DNA of 45,880 bases, from positions 1 through 45,880 of the forward strand of contig JAFZTP010000093.1 of NCBI GenBank assembly GCA_017618815.1, written 5' to 3'. A program made the translations under genes and the position numbers. Source of the stretch: Bacteroidales bacterium (lineage in GTDB: Bacteria; Bacteroidota; Bacteroidia; Bacteroidales; UBA932). This document shows positions 1-9,819 of the stretch, piece after piece. The notes under the pieces were generated by a model. The model was given only the letters and a program-made list of their open reading frames with translations. It made no database searches and was not told the origin of the DNA. Numbering within the stretch: the first letter of the stretch is position 1; each line of letters begins with the position of its first letter.

Positions 1-146
1 GGGGTCTCGGTCATCCACAGTACCGTGAACGAATTCTCAGAAGTGGCAGTGACCCACGGGCCATACTGTATCCCGAGGCTCTCCTGCGCGAAAAGAGTCC
101 CGCTGACCACAGCGAGACCCAGTAAGAATGTGAAAAATCTTTTCAT
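1..146 (-). CDS. 5' part of a secreted protein, probably purple-acid-phosphatase-like metallophosphoesterase (FN3-type N-terminal domain); truncated by window edge
   Basis: Manual translation MKRFFTFLLGLAVVSGTLFAQESLGIQYGPWVTATSENSFTVLWMTETP: signal peptide then GPW...TVLWxT pattern; ATG abuts the stop of the upstream gene. Confidence 0.55.
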   Translation of the reverse strand, partial: MKRFFTFLLGLAVVSGTLFAQESLGIQYGPWVTATSENSFTVLWMTET

Positions 147-1277
147 TTATTTCCTTTTGGCAGCGAGTTTCTCATAAAGCTTGTCTGCATTCTCATAGTA
201 AAGCTTCCTGAGGACTTCGTCGCTGAGTCCTATTCCTGAGAGAGCCCAATGATAAGCATTCTCATAATCATAGAAGTGCTCGTCCTCGGTCTCGAGAATT
301 CTCCACTGGAGGTCATACATTTCCTGTGAAGGGTAGTTGTCCGTTCCGAAGAAAATCCTGTCCTGGTACTTCTCGTAGAAGGCCTTGGTGGCGCGAGGAG
401 TGATGGCAGACTCGATGTGGCGGGCGGAGTTGTCGAGATAGAGGTTCGGATGACGGTCCATGATCTCGCCAAGCAGCTGATAGTCATGGGTAAGGTTCAT
501 GAAGTGGCAGGCGATGATGGTCGTGTTCGGATGCCTGTCGCAGCATTCCTCCAGAGTCTTGCAGAGCTCATAGAGGTCGAGAAGGCCCGGAGTCTCCGGA
601 TCGATCTTCCATGTCTCCGCATTAGGGTAACCATCGTTATGCTCGTCCATCTTCTCGTACATCCAGATCGGGTCGCCCACATGGATGATGAGAGGCATGC
701 CAAGCTCGCCGCATTTCTCGAAGAGGGCGTCGAAACGAGGGTCGTTCATATGAGCGGTAGGAGTGGCCTCTCCTGTCTGGAATCCGGTGAAATAGGCATC
801 GCCGAGGCCTTTGTCGCCGACTTCGCCGACTCCCCTTGCTCCCTTCTCGAAGTCACGTACGAGGGAAGCGACTGCCTTTTCTTCGAACTCAGGGGTGCCC
901 CATGCGCCCATGTCAAAGCCACACCACATTTCAAATGCATCTGAAACGCCTTTGTACATTTCATAGAGCTCGTCGAACTTCTCACCGGTAGCATAGGTGT
1001 TGACGACTACCTTGTCGATATTGTTTGCCTTGAGGCGCTCTGCCCACTCTTTGCATTCCTCAACTGTCTCTGCATATGCATGTGAATGCATGTCATGGAC
1101 GGTAAATTTGGCCTGGTGAGGATGATGCTCAGGGAGGTTCATGCATGGGATTGGTTTGTAGTCCTTGAGAAGGAGAGTGTCAAGACAAGATGATGTCTCC
1201 TGCTTAGGGGCCTGTCCGCATGAAACTGCGACGAACGCAGCGGCAGCGAATGCTATTGAAATGTAATTTGTCTTCAT
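147..1277 (-). CDS. Amidohydrolase family (Amidohydro_2-like) lipoprotein
   Basis: Lipobox VAVSC; metal-binding motifs DMHSH, IHVGD, ACHF, FGTD. Confidence 0.85.
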   Translation of the reverse strand: MKTNYISIAFAAAAFVAVSCGQAPKQETSSCLDTLLLKDYKPIPCMNLPEHHPHQAKFTVHDMHSHAYAETVEECKEWAERLKANNIDKVVVNTYATGEKFDELYEMYKGVSDAFEMWCGFDMGAWGTPEFEEKAVASLVRDFEKGARGVGEVGDKGLGDAYFTGFQTGEATPTAHMNDPRFDALFEKCGELGMPLIIHVGDPIWMYEKMDEHNDGYPNAETWKIDPETPGLLDLYELCKTLEECCDRHPNTTIIACHFMNLTHDYQLLGEIMDRHPNLYLDNSARHIESAITPRATKAFYEKYQDRIFFGTDNYPSQEMYDLQWRILETEDEHFYDYENAYHWALSGIGLSDEVLRKLYYENADKLYEKLAAKRK

Positions 1278-1296
1278 GTGACTTTGTTATTAGTTT

Positions 1297-1304
1297 CAAA
1301 TTTA
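1297..1304 (-). promoter_or_regulatory. Bacteroidetes -7 promoter element for the amidohydrolase gene
   Basis: TAAATTTG on minus strand (TAnnTTTG) about 20 nt upstream of the ATG. Confidence 0.5.
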
Positions 1305-1305
1305 G

Positions 1306-1350
1306 AAAAAAAGTTACGGACCCGGCCCTTTTCCAAGCCGGACCCGTAAC
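1306..1350 (-). terminator. Intrinsic terminator closing the SusC/SusD operon
   Basis: Minus strand GTTACGGGTCCGGC-loop-GCCGGGTCCGTAAC followed by a T run. Confidence 0.75.
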
Positions 1351-1374
1351 AAAAACACAACAATAAATGACTTT

Positions 1375-2268
1375 TTATTCCTTGTCCATCGCGAAATGGA
1401 AAGTGGTCTTGTCCTTAGTCGTTCCTTCTCCGAAGTTCATGTAGAAGGAATCGTCAGCCCAGTCTGTCTGATAGAACTTGAAGAAGATACCCATAGAGGA
1501 ACCGTTGATGCCGTATTCCTTCCTTGAGAGGGCGAATTCCATGTAGATCATGTCGCCTTCGTCCTTGTAGGTACCCATCTCGATATTCTTGCCTTCGGCA
1601 TATACCGTATCGCCGGAAGCGCAGTCGTACCAGTCTGCCCATGGCTCTTCAGGTTTCCAGAAGTTTCCTTCGAGGAACCAGTCGCAGCCGAGGCTCTTGG
1701 TGGACATGCCGGTACCGGTAAGGTCGTCGGTATCGAGACGCAGGTTCATGATGGCTCCGTCCGCAGGGGTATTCTCGTTCGTGGTGCTCATGGCTACGTA
1801 GAAGAATACATAATCTGCGTTGTAATCGAACTTGCCGTATGACTTTCCGTCGTCACCTACGAACTTGAAGTCTTCGTATTCGACAGCGTCCCAGTCGTCG
1901 AAAGAATCATCGTCGAGCTTGATAGGAGATGCCTTTGCGACAAGTATCTTGCCGGATATTACCTGCTCCTGGCCATTGTATTTGCCTGACATCTTGATCC
2001 AGTGGAGACCAGGCTTAGGGAAGGTATAGGTATAGGTCTCGCCTTCACCTGTGGTAAGGGTCTCGGCGGTGCCGTTTTCTGTCTTGATAATCTCCCACTT
2101 TACGTCTGTAGTGTTAGGCACTACTGAGTTGAAAGTGAGGGTAAGGCCGTCACATAAGTAGTCGAATTCGATATCCGGAACAGGATCGAGTCCGAGGTCT
2201 CCCTTTCTCACGCAGGATGAAAGGAGCGCCATGGCAGCTATGCTGAATAATATAAATATCTTTTTCAT
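1375..2268 (-). CDS. Surface lipoprotein with PKD/Ig-like domain; probable surface glycan-binding protein
   Basis: Lipobox LLSSC; PKD-like TYTFPKPG segment; acidic Trp-rich C-terminal domain; directly downstream of susD. Confidence 0.65.
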   Translation of the reverse strand: MKKIFILFSIAAMALLSSCVRKGDLGLDPVPDIEFDYLCDGLTLTFNSVVPNTTDVKWEIIKTENGTAETLTTGEGETYTYTFPKPGLHWIKMSGKYNGQEQVISGKILVAKASPIKLDDDSFDDWDAVEYEDFKFVGDDGKSYGKFDYNADYVFFYVAMSTTNENTPADGAIMNLRLDTDDLTGTGMSTKSLGCDWFLEGNFWKPEEPWADWYDCASGDTVYAEGKNIEMGTYKDEGDMIYMEFALSRKEYGINGSSMGIFFKFYQTDWADDSFYMNFGEGTTKDKTTFHFAMDKE

Positions 2269-2280
2269 GGTCTTAGCGTA

Positions 2281-3807
2281 TTAATATCCTGGGTTCTGCT
2301 CGCAGATTTGGTTGTTGTTGATCTCCAGTGAAGGAATCGGGAATACGAGCCTTGTATCAGAGTTCTTGGTGGTAACTCCCGGAGCCGTGAGAGCTGGTTT
2401 TCCAGCAGTGCTCTGGCCGGCTGCATACTGAGTATGGTAACCCCAGTAGTCGCGGACGATATCCTTGCCGTTTCTCATGAGGTCGAAGAAGCGGTGAGCC
2501 TCGAAAGCGAATTCCACGCGAGTCTCCTTGAGCACGAGATCGACGATATCGGTCTTTATGTCAGACTCTGTGTAGAGATGGGCCTCGGCATTGGCCGTCA
2601 TCCTGTGCTTCCTTACCTCGTTCACGTCCTTGAGTGCATTGGCCTTGTCACCCTTGTGGGCGTAAGCCTCTGCACGGTTGAGATACATCTCGGTTATACG
2701 GAGGAATGGAGGAGAGAAGAGGGTCGGCTTGCCATCCTGCCAAGAAAGCTTTGAGCATGGGATGAGGTCAAGACCGTTCTTGGTGTTGACGTCGCAGACG
2801 AATGTCCAGCGGATATCGTCGTCCTCAAGGCTGGTACCGCGGCCCATGTCCTCGAGAAGAGGATCAGAGTAGCCTTCCTCGCCCCAGCAGCCGTCAGCCT
2901 TCATGATCATGGAAGCGACTGAGCCTGAACCCTTGTCGTCCTGAGGGAGCATCTTGAGGCACCAGATAGTCTCAGGTGATGTCCAGGTTGACTTGAAGTA
3001 CTCTTTGAACTCGGCAGGACCGGCGATTTCATAGTTGGAATCATTGATTACCTTGCCGGAATATTCGATACACTTGTCCCACTCGCCCATATAGAGGTAA
3101 ACTCTTGAGAGAAGGGCGCGGACTGCACCTACGGATGCAAAGCAGCGGCTCTGGGAGCGTTCTACGTCCACATCCATGAGCTTCTCGGCCTCGAGAAGGC
3201 AGTTTACTATGTAATCATAGGTTTCCTTGAGGCTCGCACGTCCCTTAGGAGAAGCGTCTGAACCGTTCTCACGGATGATGATGCCCGGCTCGTTAGCTGC
3301 AGTCTCAGCCTTGTATGGCTTGGCGTAGAATCTCACGAGGCTGTGCATAACGTAAGCCTTGAGGAAGAGAGCTTCTCCGTGGAGTGACTTCACCTCGTCG
3401 CTAGGGTTATCCTCCTTGGAGATAACGTCGATTGCAACGTTGGTAGAGTAGATGATCTTATATGACTGTGACCAGAATGAAGCCACGTTGCTGAGGCCCG
3501 GGTGCCTCTCTTCGAACTTGAAGATCATGTTAAGTTCATCAGTGGTAGCGTGTCCATAGACAACGTCGTCTGAAGAGAAGTCAGACATCTGGTAGAACTG
3601 ACGGCCGTACCAGTTGTTGCTGCTGGAGTTCTCCGGATAGTCTTTCATCACGGCGTAGCAGCCGTTGAGAATATCCACGGTACCGGTAGGAGACATGGTC
3701 ATCTGGCGGCCGGTGAGAGAGTTCTCCGGTGCGATATCAAGATCGCAGGAGGTCATCAGGCCTGCGCCCGCAACCATTATGAAGAAATAATTAAGAATCT
3801 TTTTCAT
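2281..3807 (-). CDS. susD: RagB/SusD family nutrient-binding lipoprotein
   Basis: Lipobox MTSC; LRITEMYLNRAEA, ETRVEFAFEAHRFFDLMR, terminal QNPGY; ATG at 3807 preferred. Confidence 0.95.
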   Translation of the reverse strand: MKKILNYFFIMVAGAGLMTSCDLDIAPENSLTGRQMTMSPTGTVDILNGCYAVMKDYPENSSSNNWYGRQFYQMSDFSSDDVVYGHATTDELNMIFKFEERHPGLSNVASFWSQSYKIIYSTNVAIDVISKEDNPSDEVKSLHGEALFLKAYVMHSLVRFYAKPYKAETAANEPGIIIRENGSDASPKGRASLKETYDYIVNCLLEAEKLMDVDVERSQSRCFASVGAVRALLSRVYLYMGEWDKCIEYSGKVINDSNYEIAGPAEFKEYFKSTWTSPETIWCLKMLPQDDKGSGSVASMIMKADGCWGEEGYSDPLLEDMGRGTSLEDDDIRWTFVCDVNTKNGLDLIPCSKLSWQDGKPTLFSPPFLRITEMYLNRAEAYAHKGDKANALKDVNEVRKHRMTANAEAHLYTESDIKTDIVDLVLKETRVEFAFEAHRFFDLMRNGKDIVRDYWGYHTQYAAGQSTAGKPALTAPGVTTKNSDTRLVFPIPSLEINNNQICEQNPGY

Positions 3808-3819
3808 ATCCACAACTTG

Positions 3820-6753
3820 TTAGAATGTGAAGTTAACCTGTAAAATATACTGCCTCTTGTTAGGGTATCTGTTGTCGATTGACTCGATCATTCCGGCTAC
3901 GCCTGAGTCGGCGGAGAGGGATACCTCAGGATCTGCACCCCATACGGTCGTGGCGGTGAAGAGGTTGTCGCAAGAAAGCGAGAGAGTAAGACCGGTGTCC
4001 TTGGTGATCTTCTTAGGAAGAGTGTAGGACAGGGTCACGTTGCGGAGCTTGAAGTAGTTGCCCTTCACGAGGTCGCCGGTGTGATATACAGAGGCGAGAG
4101 CATAGGCAGGGAGACCGATGGTAGCATCGTCGCCCGGCTTGCGCCAGATCTTGTCCTCGTTTGAAGGCATGAGTGAGTTGGATACGAATGTGGCGAGGCG
4201 GCTTGCACGGCTGCGGCCGTAGATGGTATTGCCCCATACGAAGCTGCCGTTAGCGCTGAGAGTGAAGTTCTTCCATGCAACCATGGTAGAAACGCCACCC
4301 TGCCAAGGGATGATAGGAGTACCTGCCTCGACGAAGCGGGCTGATGCGTAGTCGTAGGTAAGGGAACCGTCTTCAGCTACGAACTGCTCGCGGCCGGTCT
4401 GAGGATCCACGCCTGCGTACTCGCGGAGATACCATGTATAGATCGGAACGTTGTCACGATAGATCTGGGTAAGGCTCCTGTAGTTGGACTGCTTGATCTC
4501 GACGCCCTCTCCGAAATTGAAGAGCTTGTTGGTGTTGTATGAGATTGAGAAATCTACGTCCCATTTGAGATCCTTGGTCTTGACAGGGGTTACGCTTACG
4601 GCAGCCTCGAAACCGGAGTTACGTACCGAACCGATGTTCTGCCACTGCTTTGCGAAACCGCCTGAAGGAGCGAGGTCGCGATATACCAGCAGGTCGTTGG
4701 TGGTATTGCAGTAATAGTTGAGGTCGAGAGAAATGCGATCGTAGATGCCTATTTCAGTACCGACGTTGATCTGGGTGGTTTCCTCCCATTTGAGGTCAGG
4801 GTTGGCCATCTGGATAGGAACCGCTGCAGAATTGGAATCGTACTGGGTGGTATATGCGAAGGCCTCGAGATACTTGGATGCACCGATATCCTTCATACCG
4901 GTCTTACCGATACTTGCCTTAAGCTTGAGGTTGGTGATCACGTTTGAGTTGAAGAACTTCTCGTTGTTGATGGCCCATGCTGCCGAAAGGCTCGGGAAGA
5001 TTGCTCCACGATGGTTAGGAGCAAAGGTCGAAGACTCATCGTAACGGAGAGAGCCGGTAAGGAAGTATCTCTGGGCGTAGTTGTAGTTGACCTGGGAGAT
5101 GATTGACTGCATTCCGCTTCTCTCACGGTTTCCGGCAGCATCCTTGTTGGAAGAAGCCACGTCGAGAACTGAGAGGCCGAAAGGAAGGCCTTCACCGGAA
5201 CCGGTAAGGTCGTTGCCCCATGTCATCTGGGCCTCATAACCTACGAGACCGCTTATGGAGTGCTCGCCGAAAGTCTTGTCAGCCTTGAACATGTTGGTGC
5301 TGATTCCACCATAGCTGTAGCTCATTGAATCACCGATTTCGTCGCCGGCCTTCATGTACTCAACCTCTTTGAACCTGTGGTTGTGGCTATGCCAGAAACC
5401 TACCGATCCGCGGGACTGGGAAACGAATGAGAGCCACGGGGTGATCTTCGCGGTAACGACGAAGTCGAGGTCGGTACCGAAGCCCTTGCTGTTGCGCACG
5501 TCTTTTCCGCTTTCGAAACCGACCATAGGGTTGACGTCGTAGCGGCCGTAGAGCTTGCTGTTCTTGAATGACCTGTAGTTTCCGTTCTCATCGTATGGAG
5601 AGTCGAAAGGAATGTTCTCGCCGATATAGTAGACGAGGTTGTCATCCGTGTTGTCGGACATGTTTCCGCTCACGTCGAGATTGGCGGTGAGGGTAAGCCA
5701 CTTGGTGAGGTTGAACGTGTTGTTGGAACGCACGTTGAACTGCTTGTATCCGGTATTTCTGATTGTTCCCTCCTCGTCGTAGTATGAGAATGAGAGATAA
5801 CCTGAGTACCACTCGTTCTTTCCCATTACGGAGAAGTGGTAATTATGGAGAACGGCATTCTGGGTGATGAGCGACCTCCAGTCGGTATCGTTGTTGAGGA
5901 TGGAAGCAGGAAGAGCTTTCTTGAAAGCGAGGTCATCGATGAGATGAGTCTCAGGGTCACGGAAATACTCGCGGTAGTATGTGTACAACTGCCTTGTGTT
6001 CATCAGTCTCTGTCTTGAGAAGTCAGGAGTGACATTACCGAAGTTTGCCTTGAAGTTGAACTGGAGCTTCTTGGAAGTCTTTGCCTTTTTGGTAGTTACG
6101 ACGATCACACCGCCGTTTGCCTGGGCTCCGTACATACCGGTAGCGCCGGCATCCTTGAGGACGGTCACTGACTCCACGTCATCAGGATCATATGATCCGC
6201 CGATGATACCATCGACAACGTAGAGAGGTTCCTGGGAAGCATGCATTGAAGAAGTTCCGCGGATACGGATAGACGGTTCGGAACCAGGACGGCCGCTGGA
6301 CTTGATCACAGTCACGCCTGCAACCTTACCCTGGAGCATATCGCCGATATTGTTACTTACTACGTCCTTGAGTTTCTCAGAAGAAACGGTGGTCACCGCA
6401 CTGGTGATCTCGCCTCTGGTCTTTGAAGAATATCCCATCACGACAACCTCGTCGATAAGCTGGGAATCTACGTCAAGAGTGATGTTGACGATATTTCTGG
6501 CGCCTACAGGAACTTCCGTAGTCCTGAAGCCTACAGAGGAGAAAACAAGAATTGAGTTTGCATCTTTGACAGTGATGGAATAATTACCGTCAATGTCAGT
6601 AATGACACCATTCAAAGTTCCCTTCTCAAATACACTCGCTCCAACCATTGGCTGGCCGTCGTCTCCGGCTTTTACCAGACCCTTGACTTCCACTTGTGCG
6701 AAAGCCACGAGAGAGGAAAGCATCAAAAGACCAAAAAGTAATACTTTTTTCAT
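3820..6753 (-). CDS. susC: SusC/RagA TonB-dependent transporter
   Basis: PLYVVDG, VLKDAGATGMYGAQANGGVIVVTTK, NPDLKWEET, terminal Phe. Confidence 0.97.
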   Translation of the reverse strand: MKKVLLFGLLMLSSLVAFAQVEVKGLVKAGDDGQPMVGASVFEKGTLNGVITDIDGNYSITVKDANSILVFSSVGFRTTEVPVGARNIVNITLDVDSQLIDEVVVMGYSSKTRGEITSAVTTVSSEKLKDVVSNNIGDMLQGKVAGVTVIKSSGRPGSEPSIRIRGTSSMHASQEPLYVVDGIIGGSYDPDDVESVTVLKDAGATGMYGAQANGGVIVVTTKKAKTSKKLQFNFKANFGNVTPDFSRQRLMNTRQLYTYYREYFRDPETHLIDDLAFKKALPASILNNDTDWRSLITQNAVLHNYHFSVMGKNEWYSGYLSFSYYDEEGTIRNTGYKQFNVRSNNTFNLTKWLTLTANLDVSGNMSDNTDDNLVYYIGENIPFDSPYDENGNYRSFKNSKLYGRYDVNPMVGFESGKDVRNSKGFGTDLDFVVTAKITPWLSFVSQSRGSVGFWHSHNHRFKEVEYMKAGDEIGDSMSYSYGGISTNMFKADKTFGEHSISGLVGYEAQMTWGNDLTGSGEGLPFGLSVLDVASSNKDAAGNRERSGMQSIISQVNYNYAQRYFLTGSLRYDESSTFAPNHRGAIFPSLSAAWAINNEKFFNSNVITNLKLKASIGKTGMKDIGASKYLEAFAYTTQYDSNSAAVPIQMANPDLKWEETTQINVGTEIGIYDRISLDLNYYCNTTNDLLVYRDLAPSGGFAKQWQNIGSVRNSGFEAAVSVTPVKTKDLKWDVDFSISYNTNKLFNFGEGVEIKQSNYRSLTQIYRDNVPIYTWYLREYAGVDPQTGREQFVAEDGSLTYDYASARFVEAGTPIIPWQGGVSTMVAWKNFTLSANGSFVWGNTIYGRSRASRLATFVSNSLMPSNEDKIWRKPGDDATIGLPAYALASVYHTGDLVKGNYFKLRNVTLSYTLPKKITKDTGLTLSLSCDNLFTATTVWGADPEVSLSADSGVAGMIESIDNRYPNKRQYILQVNFTF

Positions 6754-6809
6754 GGATTTTTTGAATAATTGGTTACTGTTTCTAATATTGCTGTTGTTAA
6801 AAGAGTTGC

Positions 6810-8861
6810 TTAGAGAGCCACTTCGCTGACCTCTATGAGCAGGCTACCATTGACTTCTGCCTCAAGCATAGTCTTATCTGAAGCGGTAACCGTACCCAGG
6901 TCACGATGGTTGTAGTAGTCTTCGACCTTGTAGGTCTTTCCGGCCTCAAGTCCGCGGAGTTCCACGGAAGCGACCGGACCGGAGGTCGCATAGAAAGCGT
7001 AGTAAAGCTTTCCGTTCCTGGTTAGCACATGGGTCTCAGGATAATCGAAACCGATGTCATACAGGCCAGGCACATACTCGCCCCTCGCAAGCTGCTTGTC
7101 CTCGTAGATGGCCAGGGCATTCTTGAGCAGTTCTTCCTTCTCGGGAGTCAGCAGATAGGAGGCTTCTGCAAAAGGATTGTCCTTAGGCCAGGTAAACTTG
7201 GTACCGATGACGGCGCCGATTCCTAGCTGTGTAGGATAATCATTCCCATTGTCGGAAAGCTCTATATGGTCTCCGTAGTAAGCAAGCTTAGGAGCAAGCG
7301 CGCGGAGCACATAGCCCTTGGTGCGGATCTGCCAGCTGCTCGTAGGGTCGGAAGACACAGCCTTGTCGATGTAAGGGAGATTATAGACCGAGAAGCAGTC
7401 GCCGCAAGGGCAATACTGGATCACGGAGTGGGACTTGACGGCGCGTGCCGTGTCATGAATCAGCTTGTAGAAGCCCGGGAGCTCACGGAAATCCTTCTCC
7501 GGGTCCTCCGGATGATGCTTTGGATTGTAGTCCGGAGACACGCAGTTGAGATGCTGGCCGTCGAGCTTGAGCCCGTCGAAACCATAGTCGGCGATAAACT
7601 TGTGGACCAGAGCTGACTGCTCCCTGCGGACATCTTCGTCCAGCGGAGAAAGGAACCAGCTGTCCCACCACTCGATCTTGCGAGGCTGTCCGTCCTTACC
7701 CAGGATGAGGGCATCCGGATACTTGCGGAGAAACTCGGTGCCTGGATCGGCTGCGAGCGGAGTCCACCAGAGTTCGGCCTTGAGACCATACTTATGGAAC
7801 TCGTCCACCATGTATTTCATGTCGGCATCGCCATTCGGGAAACGCTCCGGAGTGAGGTCCCAGTCGCCTTCGGCAATCTGGAAACCGTCGTCGAGGGTAG
7901 CCCACTTGAAGCCGAGTTCCTTGACCTTAGGAAGGGTGCCGACAATCTCGGCGATAGTGAATTTACGCTCATAGCCCCATGCGCACCATGCGGTTTCATA
8001 GGCCTCAGGAACGCTTTCAGGCATCTTCACGCCGACTTTGTCGAGGAGCTGCGCATAGTTGCGGAGAGCCCCGAAGCAGTCGCCGGAGTAAAGGCTGATG
8101 AAGCATGTGTAAGTATCGAGAGAGCCGTCAGGACTGAGCACGACCGGCTCTTCGTATTCTTTGACCACGGCGATGTCAGCATAGTCGTTGCCGGCTTTCT
8201 TGTCGACCGGCAGGCTGACGATCTGCGGAGTCGGCTCGAGATGGCCGATGATCACTCCGGCATCGCGGCGCCACAGACATACGACAGGGACTCCGCCGCC
8301 GTAATCGACATGGTCGTCGGCAGGATTCATCCCCATGAAGTTGCGCTGGTAGAACTCGTCGCCTACAGGCTTGATCCAGTCCTCACGGGCGCTGGTAGAC
8401 TGGCCCTGGAAGGACCAGAAATACGGAGCAGGGGCCTCTGCCTGGACCTGGAGGTCGCACATCGACCATCCGTCCACGCTCAGTTCCTCTCCGGACCGGT
8501 TGCGATAGACAGCATCCACCACAACAGTCGAAGGGAATGCGTCGTACACCGAAAGCTTGAGCTCGCGGGTGATCTCAGGACCTGATACGGATTCTCCCTT
8601 GAAGATATAGCACTTGCCGCGGCCGAACTTGTCGCTGATGCTCTTCTTGGATGTGCCGACAGTCTTGAAAACCACCTTGTTTCCCTCTACGGTAATCGAG
8701 CCGAAGTCGGTTGCAGATTTGATCAGAGGTGTTGCCGTTGCAGCATTCTCGACGCGGAAAGCCATCCCATCCTCCTCAGGAACGACCGAAAGGTCTCCCG
8801 AAACAGGAGCGGAGACGCAGGCTGACACGACGAGAGCCGCAATGGCGAGATACGGTTTCAT
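6810..8861 (-). CDS. GH36-like (clan GH-D) alpha-galactosidase-family glycoside hydrolase, probable lipoprotein
   Basis: WCAWGY, LDDGFQ..GDW, RFPNG, GFDGLKLDG (nucleophile), YCPCG, SSDP (acid/base region); VVSAC possible lipobox. Confidence 0.85.
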   Translation of the reverse strand: MKPYLAIAALVVSACVSAPVSGDLSVVPEEDGMAFRVENAATATPLIKSATDFGSITVEGNKVVFKTVGTSKKSISDKFGRGKCYIFKGESVSGPEITRELKLSVYDAFPSTVVVDAVYRNRSGEELSVDGWSMCDLQVQAEAPAPYFWSFQGQSTSAREDWIKPVGDEFYQRNFMGMNPADDHVDYGGGVPVVCLWRRDAGVIIGHLEPTPQIVSLPVDKKAGNDYADIAVVKEYEEPVVLSPDGSLDTYTCFISLYSGDCFGALRNYAQLLDKVGVKMPESVPEAYETAWCAWGYERKFTIAEIVGTLPKVKELGFKWATLDDGFQIAEGDWDLTPERFPNGDADMKYMVDEFHKYGLKAELWWTPLAADPGTEFLRKYPDALILGKDGQPRKIEWWDSWFLSPLDEDVRREQSALVHKFIADYGFDGLKLDGQHLNCVSPDYNPKHHPEDPEKDFRELPGFYKLIHDTARAVKSHSVIQYCPCGDCFSVYNLPYIDKAVSSDPTSSWQIRTKGYVLRALAPKLAYYGDHIELSDNGNDYPTQLGIGAVIGTKFTWPKDNPFAEASYLLTPEKEELLKNALAIYEDKQLARGEYVPGLYDIGFDYPETHVLTRNGKLYYAFYATSGPVASVELRGLEAGKTYKVEDYYNHRDLGTVTASDKTMLEAEVNGSLLIEVSEVAL

Positions 8862-8868
8862 AAAAGTA

Positions 8869-9819
8869 TTAGAGTTTAATTATCTGGTTGAAATGCTTCA
8901 GGGCTGCTTCCTCGACGGCTTCCTTGGAAGTAAAAGCGCCGGTTCCGCCAGCCGCAGTAGTATTGATCGCGCCAGTAAGGTTTCCGAGGAACTGGCAGTA
9001 TTCGAGGTCCTTCCCCTGTACGAAGGCAGTGATGAAGCCAGAGTTGAAGCTGTCACCTGCTCCGATAGCGTCGACCACATTGCGGTTGAGCATGGCAGGA
9101 AGGTTCCTTTCTCCGTCCTTGGTAACGACGAGAGAACCCTTTGAGCCCCTCTTTACCACGAGGACGTTGATGTATGGACGGACCACGTCCAGAGCCTTTT
9201 CGAGGCTGCTTTCCCTGGTAAGTGCCTTGAGCTCCTGCTCGTTAGGCATGAATATGTCCACCAACGGGAGGATCTTCTTGTAGTCGAAGTCCCATTTCTC
9301 CTCAGGGTCGAACTGCATGTCCATGGACAAAGTCGCGCCGTTGTCTTTCACCAGCTTGACGATTTCATAGATGTCCCTGTGGAGAGTCTCCTGCATGAAA
9401 ATGGAGGAGATGTGGACGTGCTTAGCCTCGGCGATGGCCTCTGGACGGATGTCTTTCACGCCCATTATGCTCATCGCTCCAGGATAAGTAACGTTGGCGC
9501 GGTCCTCGTCGTAGTTGAGGATCGCTGTCAGACCGGTAGCGGCGGTCGACACCTCGATGAGGTTCGAGGTGTCCACTCCGCGTTTCTCCAGAGAGGTCTT
9601 GACAAATGCGCCGAAATCATCATTCCCGACCATGCCGAGGAAAGATACCTTTGCACCCAGGGATGCCGCATTGGCGGCGAAGATGGCAGTGGAGCTGCCG
9701 AGGGTAAGGGTCATCTCCTTTGCGAAAATCTCTTTTCCGACCTCAGGGAAGCCGCAGATCCTGTTGAGCAGAAGGTCTACGTTGAGCTCTCCCAGCGCTA
9801 TGATGTCAAACTTCTTCAT
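8869..9819 (-). CDS. PfkB/ribokinase family carbohydrate kinase
   Basis: GELNVD, GMVGNDDFG, PNEQE, VVDAIGAGDSF signatures. Confidence 0.93.
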   Translation of the reverse strand: MKKFDIIALGELNVDLLLNRICGFPEVGKEIFAKEMTLTLGSSTAIFAANAASLGAKVSFLGMVGNDDFGAFVKTSLEKRGVDTSNLIEVSTAATGLTAILNYDEDRANVTYPGAMSIMGVKDIRPEAIAEAKHVHISSIFMQETLHRDIYEIVKLVKDNGATLSMDMQFDPEEKWDFDYKKILPLVDIFMPNEQELKALTRESSLEKALDVVRPYINVLVVKRGSKGSLVVTKDGERNLPAMLNRNVVDAIGAGDSFNSGFITAFVQGKDLEYCQFLGNLTGAINTTAAGGTGAFTSKEAVEEAALKHFNQIIKL

